Source: Hydrolagus colliei
Taxonomy: Eukaryota
NCBI GenBank assembly: GCA_035084275.1
Contig: CM068743.1
Span: 60,760,001-60,824,000, forward strand
Reading direction: 5' to 3'
DNA length: 64,000 nucleotides
Each line of letters opens with the position of its first letter. Position 1 is the first letter of the stretch. This document shows positions 12,641 to 25,160 of the stretch, piece by piece. The notes beneath the pieces were generated by a model. It was not told the origin of the DNA and searched no databases. It saw nothing but the letters and a program-made list of their open reading frames with translations. A program made the position numbers and the translations under genes.

Positions 12641-13870
12641 GATACACACATAAACACAGAGTAAATAGCATGCTGTTTAGCTGCAGTAACATTAGTGAAT
12701 TTGATTGCATGTAAAATGTAATGTATGACAGATATTTTAAAATGGAGGCAGGAGGAATATTAATACTAATTTAGGAAAAAGCATAGATTTTGTTCCATGC
12801 CTTTTAATCTAATGTAATGTTGGTGCACTGACTATCTCAGGTGGTGCAGCTCAGGTTGAGTAATGATTGTGACACGTGACAGTTTGACATGTGAATCTGT
12901 GAATGCAACAAGGAAAGAAAAAGTATGGGGGAGGGAGAGAGTAGGGAGACATTGGCTTAAGCCAGTACTCCCTAAACCATCACATGAATACTGGGATGAA
13001 CACAGCAGCTACACACACACAAGTACTGCCGATTGGCTCATGGCTACAGATAGCAGCTTTGGGTAGAAGCATTTGAACAATGTTGAGAGTGTTCCCTTGT
13101 GGCCACTATGGACTGTGACATCTCCAGGAGTAGAATGTCACACAATGGCACAAACACACTGCAGTTTGCATTCCAAGAGCGTAATCCGTCCTCCTGTGCC
13201 TCAAATAATCATAGAATCATACAATTTTATGGCACAAAAGGAGGCCATTCGGCCCAACTAGTCTGTGCCGGCTCTTTGAAAAGAGCAACTCATTCCCACT
13301 GCCACGCTCTCTCCCCATAACCTAACAGACCTGTTCTCCCTAAATAAAGATCTAATTCTCTTTTAAAAGCTGTTATCGATGCAGGAATGCAATAAGGCAA
13401 AGTCATAAGACGTGTATAATATTCTAAATGAATCAAACAGAATGAAAGTGTATAATTAATGATATTGAAGGTGCCTTTTTTTTCCGGGTGATGCAGAACA
13501 AATGTTCAAAACCAAAGGGTAATTTGCAGGACCTAATTTCAATCCTTGTCTGGACAATGAATGATTATGCCCTGCAGTAACCTTAGTGAATTTGATTGCA
13601 TGTAAAATTTATTCAAATAGTCTGTGAGGAGAAGGGTTATATCAGTCACTGAGCCTCCATATAATAATAATCCTTGTATTTGATATAGTGCCTATCACTT
13701 CATTAAGATGTCTCAAAGCATTTCACAGGAATTGTATTTTGTAGGCATATGCAGAGGCCATGCACAGCAATGTCCCACAAATACCGCTGTGAATGAATAA
13801 CTGATTTCATCTGGGAAATTGTTGGAAGCTTCCTTCTCTTGGCATTACACAAAGAAAACTCCATATCTTA

Positions 13871-14232
13871 TGGAGCTCCTGTAGCTCAGTGGTTAGAGCA
13901 CTCGTCATACAAGGGTAAGACCTGTGTTCGAATCAAGGCAGATCAGAGCAAAGCCTTGGGCAGGTTTCCTTACTCCACATGCCTAATAATAATCCGTCCC
14001 CCCCAAAATAATAAAGATTGGTCATTTTCAATCCACCACTGTTTGTGGGACACTATTGTGTGCAAATGGCTGCCGCATTTCGCCCACGGACACTATTGTG
14101 TGCAAATGGCTGCCGCATTTCGCCCACAAATATACAGTCAATTCACTTTACAGTATATTCTGTGAAGCGCTTTGAGACGTTGATAAGATGTGAAAAGCAC
14201 TATATCAAATGCAAGGATTATTATTATTATTA
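13871..14232 (+). mobile_element. tRNA-derived SINE, full length, with a 40-bp internal tandem duplication
   Basis: TAGCTCAGTGGTTAGAGC A-box, GTTCGAATC B-box and (TTA)n tail. Confidence 0.93.
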
Positions 14233-14349
14233 TCTTTCAATGTGCCTATGACCACCTCTCCCTCTCCCTTTCAACATCATTCCTGTAAAGTGCTCCAAGT
14301 CCTCACTGTTAACGAGGTCCCTATATAAACGCAAGTTATTGCTGAAGTA

Positions 14350-14612
14350 TCATGGCATCTGCCTGTTCAGGTGAACATGAACGATCCTTTTCCAACTACT
14401 CGAATAGTGAAGGGAGTTTCTCCTGGTGTCCTGGTCAACAGTTACCCTAAATAAAATTAGTCACTTGTTTCATGGATGTTGTGCGGCATTGCTGTATGCA
14501 AATGGGCTGCAGAGTTTCTCTAGAAAATACGATCACTCCACCTTACTGTAAATCCTGTGAAGTACTTTGAGGCATCCATCTGACGTTAAAGTCAAATGCA
14601 AGGATTATTATT
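14350..14612 (+). mobile_element. Deu-domain SINE 3' fragment
   Basis: GGGAGTTTCTCCTGGTGTCCTGG...TTGCTGTATGCAAAT.GGCTGC motifs. Confidence 0.65.
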
Positions 14613-14934
14613 ATCAGGAGTATTGAGGCAAATCATGGTTGCTTTTGATGACTCCCCAGCTGGATCAGTTAATTAAAGCAACCGTGATTTCAACTTGCTA
14701 CCTGCTGCCTATATTGCTTAAGACAACACCAGGTAGTGTCTTCCCTCAGAAGAATACTTTTCTAATATCCCTCTTGCTGGCTTCACCCGCCTCACCTTTC
14801 AAACCAGAAGCAGACATCCTCCTGACTTGAAAAGCGCAATACAAAATGCAAGGATTATTATTATCATCATTATTATCAACTCCACAGTCTCCCACACTAA
14901 CTCCACTAACCCATTATCCCTTCTGCATCCAATT

Positions 14935-15309
14935 AAGGGACTGTTTCCCCTGGACTGTTGAGTTGACTTGAGGGACTGTTTCCCCTGGTAGGAGAATCTA
15001 TAACCAGGGATCACAGTCTTAAAATTAAGGGTCAGCCTTTTAGAACAGAGTTGAGGAAACATTTCTTCACTCAGAGGATAGTGAATTTATGGAATTCACT
15101 ACCCCAGAAGGCTGTGGATGCTCAGTCCTTGAACATTTTCAAGGCTGAGACTCATAGATTTTTGAAAAATAAAGCGATTAAGGGATATGGGGATAGGGCA
15201 GGTAATTAGAGTTAGGTGAGAAGATCAGCCATGATCTTATTGAATGGCAGAACAGGCTCGAAGGGCCGAATGGCCTACTCCTGCTCCTAATTCTTATGTT
15301 CTTATGTTC
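14935..15309 (+). mobile_element. CR1 3' end
   Basis: Same family as 7650-8207, with a TTCTTATGTTCTTATGTT tail. Confidence 0.95.
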
Positions 15310-15898
15310 AATTGTATTGGCCATTTATCACTGCTAACCTACATTAATAAACTCAAGAGTCCTTCCCACTCCAGCCTTCCCAGTTCATGTTAACTTGATT
15401 AAAGCTCCCCCGTCAGTACCATTTCACTTCCTGATACACACACTCCTCATATTATCATAAAGTAATAAATAATTTTCTCTACTTTAAAGTCAAATACTAG
15501 TCTGGCCTTTTGCACACTGAGCAGATTTAACCAGAAAATGTCATACCATGATTGTTAAGTTGTCCCAAGTCACCTGGAAACATTTTAGAAGGGAAGGAGA
15601 TCCCTTTGCAATACATAATCTCAGCATCATTGACCAAATGGCACTGTTGCTTTACAATCTGTTTGCTGTTGGATTGCAGGCTTGTTGCTCTTCGTCTCAG
15701 TCTCACAGACCATGAATCAATTTTATAATATTTCTTAAATTATTTTTTAATTAAGAAATAAATTTCTTAGTGTGGTCTGACTTCTTCCAATGCCTGCACG
15801 TTTATTATGTGCATGACTCTAGCAAACCACACTCCCAAAACAGGTTGAGTTGAAGATGGAGTGTTTTCACCACATCAGACTCATAGACTTCCACATTT

Positions 15899-16870
15899 CA
15901 TAGAATCATAGAATGTTACGGCACAGAAGGAGGCCATTCAGCCCATCGAGTCTGTGCCAGCTCTTTGACGGAGCACGTCACTTTCATTAACCCCAATCAC
16001 CAGCTTTCTCCCCATAACCCTGCAAACCCATCTTCCTCAGATACCTATCTAGTTCTCTCTTAAAAGCTGCTATCGAATCGGACCTCACTACCCTTTCAGG
16101 CAGATCATTCCAAATTCAAACAACTCGCTGAGTAAAAAAAATTCTTCTAACCTACCCTCTGCTTCCTTTGGTAGATATCTTAAGACTGTGACCATGCACA
16201 GTCTTAAGACCGAAGACCGTTACACACCTCCTTCCATTTCGAGAAACACCCATTAACCACCACCCTCTGCTTTCTGTCATTCAGCCAGTTCTTAATCCAA
16301 ACTGCCACTGTCCCCTTAATACCGTGGGCCTCTAATTTTTTTATTGATCTCTTATGCGGGACTGTGTCAAAAGCCTTTTTGAAATCTATGTAAATAACGT
16401 CCACCGCATTTCCCTCATCAACCCTCGCAGTCGCCTCTTCAAAAAATTCTATTAGATTTGTTAGGCAAGATTTGCCTTTAACAAATCCATGTTGGCTCTA
16501 ATTACCTCATGTTCCTCTAAGTAGAAATTTATTCTGTCCCGGATTATGGTCTCCAGTAGTTTTCCTATTACCAAAGTAAGGCTGACTGGCCTGTAATTTC
16601 CGGTTTTGTCTTTCTGCCCCTTTTTGTAGAGGGGGGTAACATTAGCCACTCTCCAGTCTCTTGGCACCACTCCTGTGTCCAATGAAGGTTGAAATATAAT
16701 GGCCAGAGCCTCCGCTATTTGAACCCGTATCTCCCACAGCAACTTTGGGTGAAACCCATCTGGTCCTGGTGACTTATCAATTTTGAGCCCAGTCAATCTT
16801 TTCAGAACTTCCTCTCTGTCTATAGTTATCTGATCTATTTCCTCTACTCTCTCATCTAATACTGTGGCAT
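15899..16870 (-). mobile_element. CR1 LINE (second family) with an internal deletion
   Basis: SPGPDGFHP, NYRPVSLT and YIDFKKAFDTVPH motifs, with an ATTCTATG-type tail. The RT is joined directly to the C-terminus at about 16200. Confidence 0.95.
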
Positions 16871-17000
16871 TAATTAAGAAATAGGAAAATGCTTTTTTAA
16901 ACATCTATAATCAAACATAAATTATGATTTGTAATCATTGCATTCCAATCAGAAGGTTGAACTCCGAATATTGAGAACACAACCTTCATTCTTAACCAAG

Positions 17001-17130
17001 TAATAATAATAATAATTATTTACATTTGATATAGCGCTTTTCACATCTTCTAGACGTCTCAAAGCGCTTCACAGAATGTACTGTAAAGTGAATTGACTGT
17101 GTATTTATAGGCGAAACGTAATTGTGCAGT
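17001..17130 (-). mobile_element. tRNA-SINE 3' fragment
   Basis: Intact AGCGCTTT...AAAGCGCT tail stem followed by (TTA)n. Confidence 0.9.
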
Positions 17131-17208
17131 CCACATATGGACTGAATAGCTCTTAATCTGGTCTGGCACTAAAATTAGCATTACCTTTTAAATGTTCTCC
17201 TTCCTTCC

Positions 17209-17231
17209 CTCTCTCTCTCTCTCTCTCTCTC
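17209..17231. repeat. (CT)n microsatellite
   Basis: Read directly from the sequence. Confidence 0.95.
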
Positions 17232-17719
17232 AGAAAGACATCAATTAGATTGAATGTATCCTCCAGAGAACTTGCAAGAGGATTAACATTTCACGGCATG
17301 AGGAATTACTGTAGCCATTACTCCCACAAGCCCCACCTCATGCCTTTCTGGAGTATCACACAATGTTGCAGCAACAAAAGAGACTATTCAGCTGATCATG
17401 CCCTGGCTGGCTCTCTGAAAGGTAAATCCTCTGACCAGAAAATAGGAATGATTTTATATAAGAACAGATCTGATAAAGGATTGGTACCAGGAAGGTCACG
17501 GCACCAAAACTTGGGTATTCTGTCCTAAAGTATAGCACAGACAGTATAATATTAGTTTGGATGAAGAACACCCGTTTGATCTCATTCTTCCAGAATACCC
17601 ACTCTGCCAACTTCCCATCATAGCACCAAGGCTTTTTCTAAATGGATCCAGCACCCTGGGCTCAACCACAACACCAAGAAAAACACAATAAATTAGACAA
17701 AAGAATAAAAGGCACTAAC

Positions 17720-17888
17720 GTTAATGGTGTTGTCCTGGACTGAACCAAAGGGACCATGTGAGCAAGAAGTCTCACACCATTTTTCCACTCTTCCTCCTCT
17801 CCAAAAGGGCAGGTGGGGACATCACATTCATCCCTTGAAAACTGGTAATAAGCATCTTCGTCCTGAAAATTCTGTTGCTTTCCCGTCG
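17720..17888 (-). CDS. RAPGEF5: RAPGEF5-like coding exon 5, end of DEP (TGKQQNFQDEDAYYQFSRDECDVPTCPFGEEEEWKNGVRLLAHMVPLVQSRTTPL)
   Basis: Acceptor ttttctctcttag|, donor |GTTAGT, 169 nt, phase 1-2. Matches recalled RAPGEF5 FQDTYVFYQFSSDEC...EEEWQNGVKLLLQLVP. Confidence 0.93.
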
Positions 17889-18689
17889 CTAAGAGAGAAA
17901 AAGATAAGGCAGGGCAATTAGATTTATCATAGCTGTAATACATAGCCTTCAAGATTGAAGTGAAAATAATTTTAAAACTGTCCTCAGCCCCATGCTTGGA
18001 GAGTGCAATACAAGAAACAATAGAATTGTATACTGTCAGGGATTGGAGTAAATCTATGGTTCGAAAATTGAGGTACTCTGAAAAATGTTCTGCTCCTCAT
18101 TTTTAAGCATGCCAAGGATTTCACCCATAGCTGTGTGCGAGCAAGGAAATCAACCTCTCAAGCCTTAGTTAGGAGATACTGGTCTAACTCCGCTTGGGTT
18201 ATATTAGTATTCCCTTAATACACTCACAATGACTGTTGTCACTGCTTGAAAACGATTTACGTTTAGCTGGAATCCAAGACAATGACCTAGATTTTTGAGT
18301 TGCCTTTGTTCAGAAGTCGGGGGAGGGTATTCCATATCAACATTTTAACGCCATTCCTTCTTTAACTGCTTTGAACTTCCAGTGATTCAGTAAGTCAGTC
18401 CACACTAAGAAATCCACAGTTGTTTGTAGGATACTACTGTGTGCAATTGACTGCCACCTTTCATCCACAAAATATACAGCCAATTCACTTTAGAATATAT
18501 TCTGTGAAGCACATTGAGAAGTCCCAAATATGTGTTAAGGTTCTACATCAAATGCAAGGCTTATTAGTATTATATTATTATAAGAAATCCATTTCTTAAT
18601 TAAGAATTCCTTTAAGGAAAATAATACACAATTTAACCACCTATATTTCAAATATCGTGGATTATATAAAGGGCCTAGATCACTGGATC

Positions 18690-19420
18690 CCTGAACTGTC
18701 CTTCTTCCCCCACATCAGTGCCATGACGACTTCTGCCTACTACCACCTCCACAACATCGCCAGACTCTGCCACTGCCTCATCCCTCAGGCTGCCAAAACC
18801 CTTGTCCACGCATTCGTTATATCAAGGCTCAACTATGGAAATTCCCTCCTCGTCAGCCTGCCCAGCTTTTCCATTCACAAGCTGCAGATCATCCAGAACT
18901 CTGCAGCCTGTGTCCTCTCCTTCACCAAATTCCATGGCCACATCACTCCTACCTCACCTGGCTCCATTGGCTCCCCATCCCACAGAAGATTGAATTCAAG
19001 GTCTGCGTCTTCACTTTCACGGCCATTCACGGCCTTGCCCCCTTCTATCTCTCTGACCTGCTGTCTCTCTATGAGCCTGCCCACCCCTCCGTTCAGCCTG
19101 CTCCATGTCCCTACCCAATTACCCTACCATCGGTGAATGGGCTTTCAGCCTCTCTTCCCTCACACTCTGGAACTCATCCCACAGTCCCTTCGCCTCGCTT
19201 CCTCCCTTACCTCCTTCAAGGCCGGTCTCAAGAACCTCCTCTTCGATCATGCCTTCTGCTGCCATCTAAACTCTACCTCCACTCCTAACTCTCTCACTGC
19301 CCTCCCATCCTACCCTGCCCCTCCCCCTTACTTGGGTCCCAACTGATTGTTCAGCGCCTTGGGACGTCCTCCTGATGTGAAAAGCACACTATAAATGTAA
19401 TTTTATTGTTGTTGTTGGTG
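18690..19420 (+). mobile_element. L2 LINE 3' fragment
   Basis: AKTLVHAFVISRLNYGNSLL...KLQIIQNSAA, then SFKAGLKNLLFD and a (GTT)n tail. Confidence 0.95.
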
Positions 19421-21379
19421 TTGGATTTACAAGAGCCAAGTTCACATTATCCAACAGGTTTCATCAAGCTTTTATTGGGAATAATTTAAAGGATATTCCC
19501 ATCCATTCTAATTTTTCCTCAGCATATAGAGCGCCATAACCCACTTGTTAATGAGATTATGCATTTATGTCCCATTTTGGTAGAGTACATGTGACATTCT
19601 TTATTTCATTTCATGTATTATCAAGTGAAACTGAGAGCATATTCTGCATTAGGGCAACTGTACGCTGCTCAAGCGCTCTGAGACACCATCCGGCGTGGAG
19701 GGCGCTATATAAATTGAAGTTGTTGTTGTTGCTAGCTCAATGGCCCAATCTTGTTGTGAGACTTCATGCTCACACAGTGAAGAGGTTGATAGAACAGAAA
19801 CAAAATAGAGCAATGATTTAGGAAGCCATGTGAAGGATTTTTATTTGAAAACAGCAAATAAAAGGTGATCGCAGTGCTTGCAGCAGTTACACTGGCACAA
19901 AGAATAAAGTGTCAGATGACCTCTTGAAGGCCACTGTAGGTAACATTAGTAGAGGTTGAGCCAGCACTGGTAGTGTGTGTGTGTAAGACAAATCACCACA
20001 GCAGAGGCAGTCTCCAAAGGGCAGAGTAACAGGGTTATTGAGCGGTTGTCAGTTCGAAGGACACTGTTAAAATGGGGCCGTGGATCCCTGTGATAAATGA
20101 TGTGTGCTACTTTGACTGCTCTCTGGGAAGGAGACCCACCCTCAGAAGGTCTATCCTGAATGAGTTCATTAGCTGAAGCTTAGTGTGCAGTAAAGAGGCA
20201 AGGAGACAGGCAGACACAGGGAGTGATTGATTATCTGTAACATGGAAACACATTTTAAGGAAAAACAGAAGTCGCTTGGAGATTTATAAGCATTTCAAAA
20301 GATGCATATGTTGAGTTTTTTTGTGCTTCAATTGGGAAGAAATTCCACCTGGGTCCAGATTCACTCTGTGTTGCATTTCAAAACATCTAGGATTTGGTAA
20401 ATTGTTCAATTTTGTCTTAACTTTGAAGTTTTCTTTCCTGCAGTTCTTATAGGAACTTGCAAAAAAGAACTTCTTCAAATTTAAAGCATTTCCTAAATTC
20501 TGGATGCTCTAACATGGTACTGTACGTAAATTGAGTAAATCTGGACTCAGGTGAGATTGCTCCCTTCATTTTCATCAGAGTTTTTCAATGTGCTTTCAGT
20601 AAAGTAGCATCCTGTGTGAAGGAAAATGCTGTGTTAAGTAAAATATAGAAAAAGATAGAAATCAAAACTGTGCAGAAATTGAGTAGTTTGGATAAATTGG
20701 TGGATATTGTAGTCTCCCTAGTCTCCCTGGTTAATACCGATGCAGGTTGTAATTGAGTAAATTTTCAGATCTGATTCTTGCCAATCTCCTATGACACTGG
20801 TCATTGCTGCAGTGGTTCTCATCTTAACAGCAGTGCCATTGAACCAATAATCGCCTATTGTTAACCGTGTAGGTATTCCTAAACAAATCCTTTCCTAACC
20901 TGCCACACTTCTGAAAAATAGTAACACCTAACCTGGCTGCAAAGACAGGGCACCACCACTGTTATGGATTCCCACTTAGCAAGGAATCATATTCAAGCAT
21001 AGAAAAATGCTTTTTTTTAGGCTATTCAGGCGATACTGGCCTAACTCAGCCAGTTTGAAAATGCCCCAAAATGTCAGCAAGGCCACCTATGTGGGTTGTG
21101 AACACACATGACCTTCTGGGGATTATTTACGGGATATGGGGCTAACTCAAACTGAAGCCTCATGCCTGAAGATGGACTTGATAAACCCATAGCTGATGGG
21201 TCAGTTCCTTTCATGTTATACATAAGATATAATAACATTTGATTTCAAAGCAAACTGAGTCGTGCAAAAATTTTGAAAATTGCATAACTAAAAAGGCATT
21301 CAAAACTGCCTGTGGCCAGTGTGTGGGGCAATACAGCAAAGGTTCACAAGATCACCAGAAGGTTTCCATGAAGAAGTTC

Positions 21380-21710
21380 CTGCAGAATACCATGCCCCCC
21401 ATCGCACCATCAAATTAAATTTTTTAATGAATCCTGTATCCTGACCTCATCCACCTTCCCTGTCAACCTGTTCCAATCATTAATTAGCCTCTGAATAAAG
21501 AAAAACTTCCTTGTGTGTGTCCTGAAATTGCCCTTTAAAAGTCTAAACCTATATCCTCTTGCTTTACTGTCTCGATGCAGACTAACGTTCTAGATTTACT
21601 ATTTCAATCGCATTTAAAATATATCTATAAGGTCCCCTCTGCATCACCATCTCTCAAGATTGAAATGCCCTAGCTTGTCTAATCATTGGCCACAGTTAAT
21701 TCCTCTAACT
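21380..21710 (-). mobile_element. Old CR1 3' fragment
   Basis: RGDL-like and FFIQR-like remnants. Confidence 0.6.
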
Positions 21711-22002
21711 CTTGTTAAATACCGCTTGTGTCGTTGTATACTGAAGATATGAGTGGACAGGCTTCATTCACCCTGGTGGTTCTGTTTAATCTACATACTT
21801 GAATGTAAAAAAAAAGATTTGTAGCGCCAGGTACAAAAAATTGCATTTATACAGCTCCCCTCACGTTTGATATAACCTTGGAAGATTTACATTTTGCAAA
21901 ACAGGAACATGAAAGCAGTAGGAAAATGCATGCTGACTGAAGGAAACACTTTATGTTTACTTCAATTTTACAATCACTTGTTGACTTAATACTTGCAATC
22001 AC

Positions 22003-22124
22003 CTGAAGATAGAATTCCCATCTCCAAGAGAATCTGCCAGATGCTCTCCGCATTTGTCCGGTTGAGGATAAATAGACACTGGTCTTGCAGCCAGTCCACC
22101 ATCTCAAACCCCACACAGCTTCTC
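22003..22124 (-). CDS. RAPGEF5: RAPGEF5-like coding exon 4, DEP core (RSCVGFEMVDWLQDQCLFILNRTNAESIWQILLEMGILSS)
   Basis: Acceptor ctctgcag|, donor CAG|GTGATT, 122 nt, phase 2-1. Carries the Epac/RAPGEF5 DEP motif CVGxExVDWL...WQxLLxxGI. Confidence 0.95.
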
Positions 22125-22859
22125 CTGCAGAGCAGATACCGATCAAATTATTTAATTTTTCAGCTGGTGAAGTAAAAGATACTTCGTCTTAAAAGATACT
22201 ACACGTTCATTTTGTGTTGCTTTGGGAGCGAACTGTTGAAGTGTTTACCATTGAGGAGCGGCTTTTGGCTGGCAATGTGGTTGTGTTAATTACATAATGG
22301 TGTTTTCCCTGAGGTCATCTGAGGAAAGCAAACAGCCTTTCTACACGTAAGCTTAAATACAATGCAATTTATATTTTTACAGCGCTTTTGTGTCAGGAGG
22401 TGCCCTCAAAGGACCAATGTTATTTGTATTTAATTACTACAACAACTACAACAAAATTACATTTGTATAGTGACTTGCATGTTGGGAGGACGCCCCAAGG
22501 CACTGTATGCATGTTAATCCACAAAAACAAAAAAATCACATTGTGAATTTCTACCTGTACATTAAAGGAAATGGACCAGAAAAGCAATCAATACGAAACT
22601 CTTTGCCCCGATCCCCCACTCCCCTTCCCTCTTCAATGTGGTTTACTCAATGTTAAAGAATAATAAGCAAGAGTTTGAAATGATTCTTTTCAGTAAGTAT
22701 TTATACAGTATATGGCAACGGAAAACACATAGACCCGTGCAAAAAATGTTCACGTGTATATTGTAAATCAAGGTTTACTTCAAACGATTAAAAGTTTGAA
22801 TGCAAATGAACAACATTTTAAAAGGGGAATAATATTTTGGAATTCACCTGGATTGTCCT

Positions 22860-23310
22860 GGGGTTGAGTGTTTTGGTTTAAGACCAGAGACTTGAAAAAC
22901 TGGGACATTTCCGTTGGAAAAGAAGGTTGAGGAGTGATCTGATAGAGGTCTTTAAAATGATGAGGGGTTTTGATAGAGTTGGAGAAATTATTCGGCGAGT
23001 TGGCGAATCAGTGACTAGAAAGTATAAATTTAATATAACTGTAGTTAGGAAATGGGGAGGTTAGGAGAATGTTTTCATTCACGGAGTAGGCAGACTATGG
23101 AGTATTCTGCTGGGAGCAAACGTTGAGGCTAAATCCACATTTAGTTTCAAAATGAAAATTACATAAATAGCTAAAAAGGGGTAAACTACAGGGGTATGGG
23201 AAAAAGACAGGTAAATGGGACTAAAAAGATTGCTCTTGTAAGTGCCAGCGCAGACACAATGGGTGAATGGTCTTCTTCTGTGCTGTCAATTTGTATGCTT
23301 CTATGGTATT
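22860..23310 (+). mobile_element. Old CR1 3' fragment
   Basis: AGAAGGTTGAGGAGTGATCTGATAGAGGTCTTTAAAAT (RRLRSDLIEVFK) and a CR1-like 3' UTR. Confidence 0.8.
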
Positions 23311-24444
23311 TCCCATCTTTAACTGTGCTACAATTTATCAACAACTTCCAGTACCAAACCATAATTGTGCTTTTGGCAGTATTTTAGGTGCTAAAAGATT
23401 ATACATTTTGATAGAATTTTGTCGTGTTGAATTGTCTCAACATATGTTACAGTAATTAATGTCAAAATATATGGATTTGTTGTAGGGATACCGTAGAAGC
23501 CACTCTGTTCATATCAAGGCCATGGAAACAGTCATGAAATGAATGTTGGCAAAGATACCAGGATAATCTATTCTTTTTGGATCTTTCATTGTCTGTTTAA
23601 TACATTAACAAATGGGACCTCAGTTTGAACATCTCACCTGAAGGACAAGCACATGTAACAATAAAACACATCAGATGTAGCAAGACAGTGCAAAAGAAAC
23701 AATAAAGGATTGCAATTAAATATGAAACTTTTGTATTCACAACACCAAATTGCATTTTTATAGCATCTTTCGCATGGGGTAGCATCTCAGAGAACTGAAT
23801 TCACAAGGAAGCCATTTTTTCCTCACTTTGCCACAGCTGAAAATTATCTCACTCAAATAGTGAACAAGAGATAGACAGTAATGGATTTTTTATTTTTAAA
23901 TATTTAGTTTAGGTTAGGCGGTCCTGCACATTCCTATTTTACTAAATTGAATTTTTCAGATTTATTACAAGCTACAACTTGGTCAGAATAGTTTCTCTTT
24001 TTCAAATAAATATTTTTCACAGGAATAGTTAAACATGAACCAAGCATATGAAGAAGCCTATGAAATACAGAGTAATAACTGTTTACAGTAGATCTTGTGA
24101 AGCACTTTGAGGTGCCCTCTCAATGTGGAAGGCGTTGTATCAAAATGTAAGGATTATTATTCTTGTTACAAGGTTAGTCTCCAGTCCATGATCAGTAATT
24201 CTTTGTCACAGAAATAACTTTATATAGAATAATATTCTTAGGGTTAATTTTAATCTGTCTAAGAATTGGAATGGCTGATTTCAATTTAAAAAGAAGTTAG
24301 GAATATAAATTTATATTTTCATTTAAATCTCACCAAGCTGTTCTCATTCTGTCCATTCCAAATAGTACAACACTTTGATTAGTTTTACCGCCAGAGACTT
24401 TTTTATATTTTATATCACATCTCCAGAGATCAACCTTCACTTAC

Positions 24445-24551
24445 TTGTATTTTCCAGTACTGGTTACTCGATCGTTTATAAGCTGAGGAGCGAGGGCTAT
24501 GAAGAAGTCTCTGAGGGCTAGCCCAGCACAGTAGATGGTCTCAGAATAAAT
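24445..24551 (-). CDS. RAPGEF5: RAPGEF5-like coding exon 3, start of DEP domain (IYSETIYCAGLALRDFFIALAPQLINDRVTSTGKY)
   Basis: Acceptor cttttacag|, donor |GTAAGT, 107 nt, phase 0-2. Aligns with recalled RAPGEF5 IYGENSSCAGRALRNIIIVQAADLIKDRVNLKGFY. Confidence 0.93.
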
Positions 24552-24784
24552 CTGTAAAAGATGAAACTGAATGAATTATCTTGATTGATCTAAAGAACAT
24601 TTTTTAGCAACTACAACACCTCAAATAGATAACGCACCTTTCACACAGGGAAGCATCTCAGAGTGCTAGTGAAGTTTTACATCTAGCCAAAGAGGAACAA
24701 CTAAAACAAAACAACAAAATTACATTTATAGAAAGCTGAAGGTGATGGTCAAAGAATAAGGTCTTCAGTTGAGATGGGGAGGTA

Positions 24785-25031
24785 AAAGTGAATTGAATTG
24801 TAAAGTGAATTGAGTGTACATTTGTGGGTGAAACGTGCCAGTCAATTGCACACAGCAGTGTCATACAAATAATGATGGAATGAAAATGACCAATTTATTA
24901 TGGATTTTTTCAAGGGATTATTATCAGGCATGTGGATTAAGTAAACTTGCCCAAGGATTCACCCTGCCTGGAATTGAACCCAGGTCTCTAGCTTGCAAGG
25001 CAAGTGCTTCCACTGAGCTACAGGACTCCAC
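24785..25031 (-). mobile_element. tRNA-derived SINE between exons 2 and 3
   Basis: Head GTGGAGTCCTGTAGCTCAGTGG and the same body as the other copies. Confidence 0.9.
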
Positions 25032-25106
25032 ACAAAACCATATTATTTGCAAAACAATGCTCATAATTTTCCCCATTTTATTTGGGTAAACACCGCTCCT
25101 CCTTAC

Positions 25107-25160
25107 CTTTCTTTTGGAATTCGATGGGTGCGTTTCTGCATTCTTTTCTGAGCTTGCCAT
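25107..25160 (-). CDS. RAPGEF5: RAPGEF5-like coding exon 2 (MASSEKNAETHPSNSKRK)
   Basis: Acceptor ttagcag|, strong donor AAG|GTAAGG, 54 nt, phase 0-0, positioned where RAPGEF5 has a short exon. The sequence itself is poorly conserved. Confidence 0.7.

Noticed and set aside
12267-12653. Pro/His-rich and Gly-rich ORFs
   Set aside because: These are translations of a low-complexity C-rich tract plus an L2 tail.
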